From the NCBI GenBank assembly GCA_022826885.1, contig JAJDUB010000059.1, forward strand, positions 7,172 to 71,171: DNA of 64,000 nucleotides, read 5' to 3'. The DNA comes from Gammaproteobacteria bacterium (GTDB taxonomy: Bacteria > Pseudomonadota > Gammaproteobacteria > Eutrophobiales > Eutrophobiaceae). Of this stretch, positions 53,550 to 63,106 are shown piece by piece. The position numbers and the translations under genes were made by a program. The notes beneath the pieces were generated by a model. The model made no database searches. It was not told where the DNA came from and saw nothing but the letters and a program-made list of their open reading frames with translations. Position 1 is the first letter of the stretch. Each line of letters starts with the position of its first letter.

Positions 53550-54857
53550 ATGACAACCGATCTGGCGCAAGTTGCAAAAGAGAGAGGCATCAAATATTTC
53601 CTGATCAGTTTCGTCGACCTGTTCGGCACGTTGAGATCGAAACTGGTCCCGGCGCGGGCAATAGCGGATATGCAGGCGGAAGGCGCCGGGTTCGCCGGGT
53701 TCGCCGCGTGGCTGGATATGACCCCTGCTGACCCCGACATGTTCGGCATACCGGACCCGGACAGCCTGATCCAGTTACCCTGGAACAGGGAGGTCGGCTG
53801 GCTGGCCTCCGACCTGTGGATGAACGGCAAGGAAGTGGAAGCCTCGCCGCGCATCGTCCTGAAACGGCAACTGGCGCAGGCGGAGCAGGCGGGTTACCGG
53901 ATGAAAACGGGCGTTGAATGTGAATACTTCCTCATCAACCAGGAAGGCACGGCCATCTCCGACCCGGCCGATATACAGAGCAAGCCCTGTTATGATCAAC
54001 AGGCATTGATGCGCCGCTATCCCGTCATCAAGGCAATATGCGACTGTATGCTGGAACTGGGGTGGGGGCCGTACCAGAACGACCACGAGGACGCAAACGG
54101 CCAGTTCGAAATGAACTGGGATTATGCCGATGCCCTGACAACGGCCGACCGGCATGTCTTTTTCAAGTACATGGTCAAGACCATTGCGGAGCAGCACGGC
54201 TACCGGGCCACGTTCATGCCGAAACCCTTTGCCGAGTTGACCGGCAACGGCTGCCATACCCATGTTTCCTTGTGGGATGCAACAGGCCGGACAAACCTGT
54301 TCCTGGATGACGGCGATGAAATGGGCCTGACCGCGCTCGCATATCATTTTCTTGGCGGCATCATGCATAATGCCACTGCGCTTTGCGCTCTGTTCAACCC
54401 TACCGTAAACAGCTACAAGCGGATCGATGCGCCGCGTACCCTGTCAGGCGCATCCTGGTCGCCGAGTTCGGTCACCTACACCGGCAATAATCGCACACAC
54501 ATGATCCGAATCCCGGATGCAGGCCGGTTCGAACTGCGCCTCATGGATGGCTCCACCAATCCGTACCTGTCCCAGGCCGGCATCCTCAGCGCCGGACTGG
54601 ATGGTATGAAGAACGAACGTGACCCGGGCAAACCCCTGCATATCGACATGTACGCGGAAGGGCACAAGGTGAAATCCGCACGCAAATTACCGGCAACACT
54701 GCTGGATGCGTTGCGCCTGCTGGAAAAGAGCAGGATATTACGCGCCGGACTGGGCGATGAGTTTGTGGATTCCTACATCAAGCTGAAAATGCAGGAATGG
54801 GGGGAGTACACGTCGCACCTCAGTGACTGGGAACGCAGGAATACCCTGGATTGCTGA
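53550..54857 (+). CDS. gmaS: Gamma-glutamylmethylamide synthetase (type III glutamate-ammonia ligase, GlnT)
   Basis: GFAGFAAWLDMTPADPD, DHEDANGQFEMN, FMPKPF..LTGNGCH, NNRTHMIR, FELRL; adjacent to mgsABC. Confidence 0.88.
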   Translation: MTTDLAQVAKERGIKYFLISFVDLFGTLRSKLVPARAIADMQAEGAGFAGFAAWLDMTPADPDMFGIPDPDSLIQLPWNREVGWLASDLWMNGKEVEASPRIVLKRQLAQAEQAGYRMKTGVECEYFLINQEGTAISDPADIQSKPCYDQQALMRRYPVIKAICDCMLELGWGPYQNDHEDANGQFEMNWDYADALTTADRHVFFKYMVKTIAEQHGYRATFMPKPFAELTGNGCHTHVSLWDATGRTNLFLDDGDEMGLTALAYHFLGGIMHNATALCALFNPTVNSYKRIDAPRTLSGASWSPSSVTYTGNNRTHMIRIPDAGRFELRLMDGSTNPYLSQAGILSAGLDGMKNERDPGKPLHIDMYAEGHKVKSARKLPATLLDALRLLEKSRILRAGLGDEFVDSYIKLKMQEWGEYTSHLSDWERRNTLDC

Positions 54858-54871
54858 ATCCGGGCATTCCC

Positions 54872-55951
54872 TTACCCCGCATAACACCCCAGGGTAGCAT
54901 CCAGGTCCGCCTCCTCGAAATCCGGCGTCACTGCCGCCTTGCCTATCTCCTCCAGCAACACCAGGTGCAGGCGTCCGTGGCGGGTCTTCTTGTCCACGGC
55001 CATGAGTTCCCTGAGTTGTTCCCGGCTGATTGTGTCCGGGAGACTGACGGGTAGTCCCGCTTTCTCCAGTAATGAATTCACCCGCAACGCGTTGCTCTCC
55101 CTGAACCCGGTCGTCCTTATCGAGAGATGGGCCGCCATGGACATGCCCGCGGCTACCGCCTCGCCGTGCAACCAGGTCTCGTAATTCAGGGCCGTCTCTA
55201 TGGCATGGCCGAAGGTATGCCCCAGGTTGAGGATGGCGCGCAGACCGGATTCCCGTTCATCCCGGGCCACGATCCCTGCCTTGTTGCGGCATGAGACCTC
55301 GATCGCATGAGCGAGGCAGGCCGCGTCCCGTTGCAACAGTCCTTCGATATTGTCCTCCAGCCAGCAGAAGAACTCGTTGTCGTTGATCAACCCGTACTTG
55401 ATGACCTCGGCAACCCCGGCGCGAAACTCACGCGCCGGCAGGGATTCGAGCACGTCCGTATCGCTGATCACTGCGGCAGGTTGATGGAACGCGCCGATCA
55501 TGTTTTTTCCCAGCCTGTGATTTACCGCGGTCTTACCGCCCACCGCGGAATCAACCTGGGCAAGCAAGGTTGTGGGGACCTGAATATAGCGAACACCGCG
55601 CTGGTAACAGGCTGCGGCAAACCCGGTTACGTCGCCGATAACTCCCCCCCCCAGGGCAACCAGGGTACAGGTACGGTTGAACTGTTCTTCCAGAAGCCGG
55701 GTAATGATCCCGTTCAGGGTCTCCATGGTCTTGTGCCGCTCGCCATCTTCGATGACCAGGGTGCGGGCAGGTATGCCTGCCAGCCCTTCCAGCAGTGTGT
55801 CCAGGTAAAAGGGAGCAACGACGCTATTGCTGACGACCAGGGTCTGCTCGCTCAGTTGCGCGCCGGCAAGCGCGGCGGACCGCTGCAACAACCCGGCGCC
55901 GATATAAATCGGGTAGGAACGGCTCCCCAGTTCAACGGCAAGTTGTTTCAT
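54872..55951 (-). CDS. aroB: 3-dehydroquinate synthase
   Basis: ALGGGVIGD, PTTLLAQVDSAVGGKT, LNLGHTFGHAIE, HGEAVAAG. Confidence 0.97.
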   Translation of the reverse strand: MKQLAVELGSRSYPIYIGAGLLQRSAALAGAQLSEQTLVVSNSVVAPFYLDTLLEGLAGIPARTLVIEDGERHKTMETLNGIITRLLEEQFNRTCTLVALGGGVIGDVTGFAAACYQRGVRYIQVPTTLLAQVDSAVGGKTAVNHRLGKNMIGAFHQPAAVISDTDVLESLPAREFRAGVAEVIKYGLINDNEFFCWLEDNIEGLLQRDAACLAHAIEVSCRNKAGIVARDERESGLRAILNLGHTFGHAIETALNYETWLHGEAVAAGMSMAAHLSIRTTGFRESNALRVNSLLEKAGLPVSLPDTISREQLRELMAVDKKTRHGRLHLVLLEEIGKAAVTPDFEEADLDATLGCYAG

Positions 55952-56472
55952 GTCTCTTTAATCATTTTGCTGATTTCCCTTACGACACGGGGGATGCTCC
56001 TGTTATTGGTCTCTACCACCATGTCCGCCAATTGTTGATAAACCGGCTCCCGCTGGGTCATCAGTTCACGTATTTTTGCAAGTTTATCACCAGTCTGCAG
56101 CAACGGTCTGCGCCGGTCCAGCTTGACCCTGCCGGCCAGGTGTTCCGCCGAAGCCTTCAGGTAAATGATCAGACCGTTGTCCCTGAGTAACTGCCGGTTG
56201 TCCGATGCCAGTATTGCTCCGCCACCGGTCGCCAGTACGATCCCGCGTTCCTCCACGAGTTCCTGCAACATCCTGGTCTCCCGCCGGCGGAACCCCTGCT
56301 CCCCTTCTATGTCAAATATCACGTCTATGCTCACGCCTGTCCTTTTTTCTATTTCACTGTCGGAATCCCTGAATTGCTTGCCCAGTTCCCGCGCCAGTTG
56401 CCTGCCTATGGTAGATTTGCCGGCGCCCATCAAGCCGACGAGAAAGATATTACCGGTATTGTTCGTTTTCAT
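55948..56472 (-). CDS. aroK: Shikimate kinase
   Basis: GLMGAGKST, GEQGFR.RE, LATGGG, RRPLL. Confidence 0.96.
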   Translation of the reverse strand: MKTNNTGNIFLVGLMGAGKSTIGRQLARELGKQFRDSDSEIEKRTGVSIDVIFDIEGEQGFRRRETRMLQELVEERGIVLATGGGAILASDNRQLLRDNGLIIYLKASAEHLAGRVKLDRRRPLLQTGDKLAKIRELMTQREPVYQQLADMVVETNNRSIPRVVREISKMIKET

Positions 56473-56540
56473 CCGGGTCAGGGCGCACGCTGTTTAAAAC
56501 GGTATTATGTACCGGTAATAAATCTATTACACTACTTATC

Positions 56541-59000
56541 ATGCGGGCCATGTCCTTATTCAAAGCACTGGCGGTGGTATTTATCATAGCCGCCGGCGCC
56601 GCGGTCTATCTTATCGTTTCCAACCTGCCGGATATCGAAGTGCTGCGCGATGTGCGCATGCAGGTTCCCTTGCGCGTCTACAGCCAGGACGGTTCGCTGA
56701 TTGGGGAATTCGGTGAAAAGCGGCGCGCGCCGATTACCATCGACGAAACACCGGAGCAGTTGATACAGGCCTTTATTGCCGCGGAAGACGACCGCTTCTT
56801 CGACCATCCCGGAGTTGACTGGCAGGGACTGGTGCGCGCCGCTATCTCCCTGGCCAGGACCGGGGAGAAAAAACAGGGCGGCAGCACCATCACCATGCAG
56901 GTGGCGCGCAATTTTTTCCTGTCGCGGGAAAAAACCTATATGAGAAAACTGAATGAAATTTTCCTGGCGATCAAGATCGAAAGAGAACTGACCAAGAACG
57001 AAATCCTTGAGCTTTACCTGAATAAAATCTACCTGGGCCAGCGCGCCTACGGGGTTGGCGCCGCAGCCCAGGTCTATTACGGCGCTGATGTGGCGGACCT
57101 TGACCTGGCGCAACATGCCATGCTGGCAGGGTTGCCCAAGGCACCTTCCCGGACTAATCCGGTGACCAGTCCTGAACAGGCAGTTAATCGCAGGGCGTAC
57201 GTGTTAAGGCGTATGCTGGAACTCGGTTACATTGATCGCCGGCGTTTCCACGAGGCTGACAGCGCGCCCGTCACTGCATCGCTGCACAGTCCGAGCATCG
57301 ATCTTGAAGCGCCTTATGTCGCCGAGATGGTGCGTAAACACATGGTGGACGAGTACGGCGAGGAATCCTACAGCGCCGGTTATGTCGTCACCACAACAAT
57401 ACGCGATGCTCTTCAACTCGCTGCAAACGGCTCCCTGAACCTGGCATTGCTGCAATACGATGAACGGCACGGATATCGAGGTCCCGAAGACCATTTTGAG
57501 TTGGAACATGGTGACGCCGAGGAAAAATGGGACGAACTGCTGGAGCCGTATTCCGTCATCGGCAACCTGCAGCCGGCGTTGATTACCGGGGTGCGCGGTT
57601 TCTCCGCGACAGCCTGGCTCTTCGGCCTTGGTTCAATCGAGCTGGACTGGAACAGCCTGGGTTGGGCGCGCAGCTATATTAATGAGAACGTACGGGGTCC
57701 TGCGCCCAGAAATACCGGTGAAATAGTCAGGGTCGGAGATCTCGTCAGGGTAAGGAAGGATGCCGGGGCAAGGTGGCGCCTGGCGCAGATACCCAGCATA
57801 GAAGGTGGCCTGGTATCACTGGATACGCATAACGGCGCGACCCTGGCCCTGGTCGGCGGCTTTGATTTTTATCGCAGCAAGTTCAATCGCATCACCCAGG
57901 CTGAACGCCAGCCCGGTTCGAGTTTCAAACCCTTCATATACTCGGCTGCCCTGGAAAACGGCTTCACCACGGCCAGCATCATCAATGACGCCCCCATCGT
58001 CTATGATGATCCGAGTATTGAAGACCAGTGGCGCCCGGAAAATTACAGCGGCAGGTCGTTCGGCCCCACCCGGTTGAGAGAAGCCCTGCGCCGTTCAAGA
58101 AACCTTGTATCGATCCGGTTACTGCACGCCGTAGGAGTCCGCAATACGATCAGGCACGCCGCAAAATTCGGTTTTGATACCGGCCGGTTGCCCAAAAATC
58201 TTTCCCTGGCGCTGGGCACCGGTTCAGTCACCCCCTGGCAGCTTGCCGATTCTTATACGGTTTTCGCCAACGGCGGTTACCGCGTGGAACCGTTTTTCAT
58301 CGAGCGCATAGAGACCTATACGGGAGACCTGCTATTCCAGGCGCATCCTGTTACCGTTTGTCCCGATTGCCAGGAGGCGGCCGGGGACGGAATTGAATTC
58401 CGTCCCCAACCAGGGGAAACCGCGGCAGTGGAAACCCTGGAAGCGGAAGATCCCGGACAAGACCCCCCGGAAACAGTCCAGGTCGAGCAAAAAATTGCCG
58501 AACGCGTGGTAAACCCGCAAAACATCTGGATCATGAATGACCTGACCAGGGACGTCGTCCGGCGCGGCACCGGCGCCAGGGCCTTCAGGGAATTGAAAAG
58601 GGATGACCTCTCCGGGAAGACAGGCACCACCAATGAGCAACGCGACGCCTGGTTTGCCGGCTTCAATCCGTCCATGGTGGCTGTCGCCTGGGTAGGGTTC
58701 GATGACTTCAGCCCCATGGGCCAGGGCGAGACAGGCAGCAGAACCGCCTTGTCGATATGGATAGAATATATGCGCGCCGCCCTGAAGGATATGCCGGTTA
58801 ACCCGGTGGCGCGGCCGGCTGATATTGTTACCATCAGGATCAACCGGGAAACCGGTTGCCCGGTAAAGACCGGTGACGGCAACGCGGTATTTGAAGTCTT
58901 CAAGGCCGACCGCGTGCCTGATGCCGTTGAGTGCAGCAGGCTCATTATTCCCTACGATACCACCTCGGAATCAAGCGAAGCGCCCAGCCGGATCTTTTGA
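56541..59000 (+). CDS. mrcA: Penicillin-binding protein 1A
   Basis: AEDDRF, GGSTITMQVARN, RKLNE, YLNKIYLG transglycosylase motifs; GSSFKP, SRN, GKTGT transpeptidase motifs. Confidence 0.96.
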   Translation: MRAMSLFKALAVVFIIAAGAAVYLIVSNLPDIEVLRDVRMQVPLRVYSQDGSLIGEFGEKRRAPITIDETPEQLIQAFIAAEDDRFFDHPGVDWQGLVRAAISLARTGEKKQGGSTITMQVARNFFLSREKTYMRKLNEIFLAIKIERELTKNEILELYLNKIYLGQRAYGVGAAAQVYYGADVADLDLAQHAMLAGLPKAPSRTNPVTSPEQAVNRRAYVLRRMLELGYIDRRRFHEADSAPVTASLHSPSIDLEAPYVAEMVRKHMVDEYGEESYSAGYVVTTTIRDALQLAANGSLNLALLQYDERHGYRGPEDHFELEHGDAEEKWDELLEPYSVIGNLQPALITGVRGFSATAWLFGLGSIELDWNSLGWARSYINENVRGPAPRNTGEIVRVGDLVRVRKDAGARWRLAQIPSIEGGLVSLDTHNGATLALVGGFDFYRSKFNRITQAERQPGSSFKPFIYSAALENGFTTASIINDAPIVYDDPSIEDQWRPENYSGRSFGPTRLREALRRSRNLVSIRLLHAVGVRNTIRHAAKFGFDTGRLPKNLSLALGTGSVTPWQLADSYTVFANGGYRVEPFFIERIETYTGDLLFQAHPVTVCPDCQEAAGDGIEFRPQPGETAAVETLEAEDPGQDPPETVQVEQKIAERVVNPQNIWIMNDLTRDVVRRGTGARAFRELKRDDLSGKTGTTNEQRDAWFAGFNPSMVAVAWVGFDDFSPMGQGETGSRTALSIWIEYMRAALKDMPVNPVARPADIVTIRINRETGCPVKTGDGNAVFEVFKADRVPDAVECSRLIIPYDTTSESSEAPSRIF

Positions 59001-59003
59001 CCT

Positions 59004-61010
59004 GTGAATAAACGATATTTACAGGTTGCGCTGCCGGTACCGTTGCGCAGACATTACGCCTATGTCATCGGCGATCCGTTCAGCCATATCGAGTTTCTGC
59101 CGGGCATGCGGGTAAGCGTGCCTTTCGGGCGCCGCAAGGAGCAGGTCGGCATGGCGCTGGCGGTCTCCGACCGGACGACGCTCCAACCCGACCAGCTTAA
59201 ATCCCTCGGCAACGTCATAGACTACGAACCTCTTTTTTCACAACGCCACTTTGAGTTTCTGTGCTGGGCCGCCGACTATTACCATTATCCTGTCGGCGAA
59301 GCGCTGTTCAGCGCCCTGCCGGCGTTGTTGCGCCAGGGAAAGGCGCTGCCCGGACAGGACCGGGAGGCGCAGACGGCGCCCACGGAAAACGTGATTGAAA
59401 ACAGGGATTTTGACCTGAACACGCAACAAATCCAGGCGATTGACGCAATCACGGCAAATACGGACGTGCACGGCGTGCACTTGTTGCGGGGAGTAACGGG
59501 CAGCGGCAAGACGGAAGTTTATATAGAAGCGGTGAAACGCGTAATAGCGCAGAACAGGCAGGCATTGATCCTGGTGCCTGAAATCGGCCTGACCACGCAG
59601 TTCATCGACCGGCTCCGGCAGCGATTGCCGGTAGATATCCGGGTCCAGCATTCCGCGCTGAGCGAGACGGAACGCCTGCGCAACTGGCAGGCGGCAAAAA
59701 ACGGCGCTGCGCCGGTGATGATCGGAACCCGGTCTGCGATCTGGACACCGCTCAAATCACCGGGGCTGTACGTCGTCGACGAAGAACACGATCCCTCCTA
59801 CAAACAGGACAGCGGATTCCGTTATTCAGCCAGGGACATCGCGATAGTACGGGGCAAGTTCGACGGCGTACCGGTCGTGCTGGGTTCAGCCACGCCCTCT
59901 CTCGAGACCTTGAAAAACGTGAAAACCAGGAAGTACACGCAACAAAACCTGCCGGCGCGGGCATCCGGAGCGAAATCGCCGGAAATTCACGTTATCAACC
60001 TCCGGAATGAAACCCTCTCCGGCGCGGTATCGAAAACCCTGCTGAACGAGATTTCCTCCACCCTGGACCGGAACAACCAGGCGCTGTTGTTCCTGAACAG
60101 GAGAGGTTATGCGCCGGTCATTCTGTGCCATAGCTGTGGCTGGTATGCCGAGTGCAGCCGCTGCAGCGCAAAGATGACTTTCCACAAAGATAAACAGTGT
60201 CTTATCTGCCACCACTGCGACTCCCGCAGGAGTCTGCCCACGAAATGTCCGGACTGTAACCAGGACGAACTGATCGAAGTGGGTCATGGCACCCAGCGCC
60301 TGGACCGTACCCTGGCCGAACATTTCCCGGGCGCAAGCATACTGCGAATAGACCGTGACAGCACCCGGCGCAAGGGATCCATGGAGAAGATGATAAGGGA
60401 GATTACGACAGGCGATGCCGACATACTGATCGGCACCCAGATGCTCGCCAAGGGCCACCATTTTCCGCGCTTGACCCTGGTGGGCATCATCGATGCTGAC
60501 GCGGGTCTGCTTAGCACCGACTTCCGCGCCAGTGAACGCATGGCTCAACTTATCGTTCAAGTGAGCGGGCGGGCCGGACGCGAGGACAGGCCCGGCGCAG
60601 TGTTCATACAGACCCATTTCCCCGGACATCCGTTACTGCAGACCCTGGTAACACGGGGTTACGCCGGGTTCGCCGGCCTGCTGCTCAGTGAGAGAAGGAA
60701 CGCGCACCTGCCTCCCTATGCGCATCTCGCGTTACTGGGCGCCGAAGCTACCAGTCGTGAAACAACAGAAAAATTCCTGCGCGAGGCGCGCGATCATCTG
60801 AATGAAACCAGCGCCCTGAATATCTTCGGTCCCGTCGCCGCGCCCATTGAGAAGAGAAGAGGGCGTTATCGCAGCCAACTGCTGATCCAGTCCGGCAACA
60901 GGAATACCCTAAGGAGGGCGCTGACCCCATGGTGCCGATCATTGGAAGCAATGCCCGGGGCGAAGCGCACGAGGTGGTTTCTGGATATAGATCCCCAGGA
61001 TATGTTGTAG
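59004..61010 (+). CDS. priA: Primosomal protein N' (replication restart helicase)
   Basis: GVTGSGKTE, DEEHD, GSATPS, two CxxC zinc pairs, GTQMLAKGHHF, QVSGRAGR. Confidence 0.96.
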   Translation: MNKRYLQVALPVPLRRHYAYVIGDPFSHIEFLPGMRVSVPFGRRKEQVGMALAVSDRTTLQPDQLKSLGNVIDYEPLFSQRHFEFLCWAADYYHYPVGEALFSALPALLRQGKALPGQDREAQTAPTENVIENRDFDLNTQQIQAIDAITANTDVHGVHLLRGVTGSGKTEVYIEAVKRVIAQNRQALILVPEIGLTTQFIDRLRQRLPVDIRVQHSALSETERLRNWQAAKNGAAPVMIGTRSAIWTPLKSPGLYVVDEEHDPSYKQDSGFRYSARDIAIVRGKFDGVPVVLGSATPSLETLKNVKTRKYTQQNLPARASGAKSPEIHVINLRNETLSGAVSKTLLNEISSTLDRNNQALLFLNRRGYAPVILCHSCGWYAECSRCSAKMTFHKDKQCLICHHCDSRRSLPTKCPDCNQDELIEVGHGTQRLDRTLAEHFPGASILRIDRDSTRRKGSMEKMIREITTGDADILIGTQMLAKGHHFPRLTLVGIIDADAGLLSTDFRASERMAQLIVQVSGRAGREDRPGAVFIQTHFPGHPLLQTLVTRGYAGFAGLLLSERRNAHLPPYAHLALLGAEATSRETTEKFLREARDHLNETSALNIFGPVAAPIEKRRGRYRSQLLIQSGNRNTLRRALTPWCRSLEAMPGAKRTRWFLDIDPQDML

Positions 61011-61017
61011 ATTCTTC

Positions 61018-61662
61018 CTAACGCAATTCGATCAACATGAATTCTATGTTGTTGTCTCTCAATCTCCGGCGCACGTCCCGCATCTCGTCAACGCTGGTAT
61101 AAGGCCCCAGGCGAACCCGGTGACGGATGTCCTGCTCATTGAGCATGACCCGCTGGATATCGGCAAAGATACCCAGTAACGCCAGTTGCGCCTTGACCTG
61201 GTCCGCCGAACTGAAATCCCTGAAAGAACCGACCTGGAGGACGTAGCCGGTTACATCATCTTCCGCGTCCCGGTCAAGGGCCGCGTACTGTTCCTGTTCA
61301 GCAACGCTTTCCCTGCTCTCCTCACCTGCCTGAACCTGATCCGCGGCCTTGTCATCCGGTTCTTCACGGGCGTCCCTGTCACCGGCCATCCATTCGGAAA
61401 TATTGACTTTCTTGTCACGCAACGTGTCATAGAAAGTGAATTTGACATCCGGTTTATCCCGTTCGGTTTGCGCCTGGCTGTCTATTGCAGGAGCGGCCGG
61501 TTCACCGGCCGAACCAGGCTCAACAACCTGGTAGCGGAGAAAAACGATGAAAGCGACCAGCAGGCCGACGGATAACCCGGAAAGAAAGGACAGGATGTTG
61601 CCGCCGATAAAGGCCCGTTCCCGCTTCGATATGTTCCTGGTTATGTTACGGTCTTTCGACAT
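61018..61662 (-). CDS. SPOR domain cell-division protein (FtsN-like)
   Basis: N-terminal TM helix, FTFYDTL linker, YVLQVGSFR...RVRLGPY SPOR domain. Confidence 0.85.
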   Translation of the reverse strand: MSKDRNITRNISKRERAFIGGNILSFLSGLSVGLLVAFIVFLRYQVVEPGSAGEPAAPAIDSQAQTERDKPDVKFTFYDTLRDKKVNISEWMAGDRDAREEPDDKAADQVQAGEESRESVAEQEQYAALDRDAEDDVTGYVLQVGSFRDFSSADQVKAQLALLGIFADIQRVMLNEQDIRHRVRLGPYTSVDEMRDVRRRLRDNNIEFMLIELR

Positions 61663-61705
61663 CGGCCTCTGAAGTCTATCACAGATATTTGACTGCCGGC
61701 ATATT

Positions 61706-63058
61706 TTAAAATGCGGCAATCAGGAATGCGATCGAAGCAACGGCAGCCGCCAGTGCTGCATACGGCAGTTGCGTAAGTGCATGCTCGATGACACCGCAAC
61801 CACTGCCGTGCGCGGAGAGCACCGTTGAATCGCCATAAAAGCAAGTATGGCTGCCGAACGCGCTGGCTGAGATCAATGCACCGATCACCAATGCCATGTC
61901 TGCTTCAACACTCACCGCAAGCGGTATGACGATAGGCATGGCTACGGCAAATATGCCCCAGAATGACCCTGTTGCAAAAGCTATCAAGGCCATGGTGATG
62001 AAAGTAACCAGGGGTAATAACAGCGGCGTCATGATGGGTTCAACGATGCCTATCACGTAGGAAGCCAGTCCCAGTTGGTCATTGACCTCCTTGAGCATGA
62101 AACCGGCCACTACCGTTCCCAGGGGAAGCAGCATCGACTTGAAACCCTCAAGCATGGTATCGAAAATCCGCGCCGGCGGCAATAACCGTTGAACAAGGAC
62201 GGAGACAATGGTGATGCTGAGGGCGACGATGACTCCATTCAGAATATCGACCCCCAGGTACCAGGTAAAGAAGATCAGTGAGAGAATGGGGACGAAAAAG
62301 TTCAACCCCGCCCTGCCTTTATTTCCATTATCCGCGTCATCTGCGAAGCCGCTTTGCTCCTCAACCGGCTTCATCTGATACTTGCGGGCGTTCTCATTTT
62401 CTGCCCTTGCCATTGCGCCAAGATGGGGGATTTTTTTCAGGATAACCAGGGGGACGATTACTACCGCAGCCCAGGCATAAAACATATAGGGAATCGCTTC
62501 CATGTAAAGCAGAAGTCCTTCCCCGGTGCCGGCCCCCGTATTTTCCTCCAGCAATGCAGCAAAGTATACGGCCCACGTTGACAGGGGTACCAGCACACAG
62601 ATGGGCGCGGCGGTTGAATCCACCACGTAGGCCAGCATTTCCCGGGAAACGCCGAATTTGTCCGTTACCTTTTTCATCGACGAACTGATGGTCAGGGCAT
62701 TCAGGTAGTCATCAATGAATATCGCCAGGCCCAGCAACCAGGCGGTAATCAACGCGCCTGCCCGGGTTTTGACCCTGCCCTCCACCAGTCTGCCGAACGC
62801 AGCCGCGCCCCCGATGCCCGCCAGCAATGCGATCAGACTCCCCATAAGTCCGCATACCATGATGATCCAGCCTATGGTCTCATCGCCCATCACTGACAAC
62901 ATTACGCCGGTAAAATTGTTCAACAGGTCGGACGGCGCCAGGATCAGCAATCCGACAAGAGAACCGGCAATGAGAGGCTCTATGGTGCGTCTTGAAATAA
63001 CTGCCAGCACCAGCACCACCAGGGTGGGGATAAGGCAAATGATTCCGTACTCGGCCAT
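61706..63058 (-). CDS. NhaC-family / MetT-LysW-like amino-acid:ion transporter
   Basis: IFIDDYLN, DSTAAP...PLSTW, FATGSFWG.FA, FGSHTCFYGDSTVLSA, HALTQLPYA. Confidence 0.82.
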   Translation of the reverse strand: MAEYGIICLIPTLVVLVLAVISRRTIEPLIAGSLVGLLILAPSDLLNNFTGVMLSVMGDETIGWIIMVCGLMGSLIALLAGIGGAAAFGRLVEGRVKTRAGALITAWLLGLAIFIDDYLNALTISSSMKKVTDKFGVSREMLAYVVDSTAAPICVLVPLSTWAVYFAALLEENTGAGTGEGLLLYMEAIPYMFYAWAAVVIVPLVILKKIPHLGAMARAENENARKYQMKPVEEQSGFADDADNGNKGRAGLNFFVPILSLIFFTWYLGVDILNGVIVALSITIVSVLVQRLLPPARIFDTMLEGFKSMLLPLGTVVAGFMLKEVNDQLGLASYVIGIVEPIMTPLLLPLVTFITMALIAFATGSFWGIFAVAMPIVIPLAVSVEADMALVIGALISASAFGSHTCFYGDSTVLSAHGSGCGVIEHALTQLPYAALAAAVASIAFLIAAF

Positions 63059-63106
63059 AACACTCCCGGATCAATTAACCCGCCATTTAATCTACCGCCA
63101 ATGTCA

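Noticed and set aside
59004-61010. PriA shorter than the E. coli protein (668 aa) as another deletion event
   Set aside because: All helicase and zinc motifs are present and short-linker PriA variants are common.
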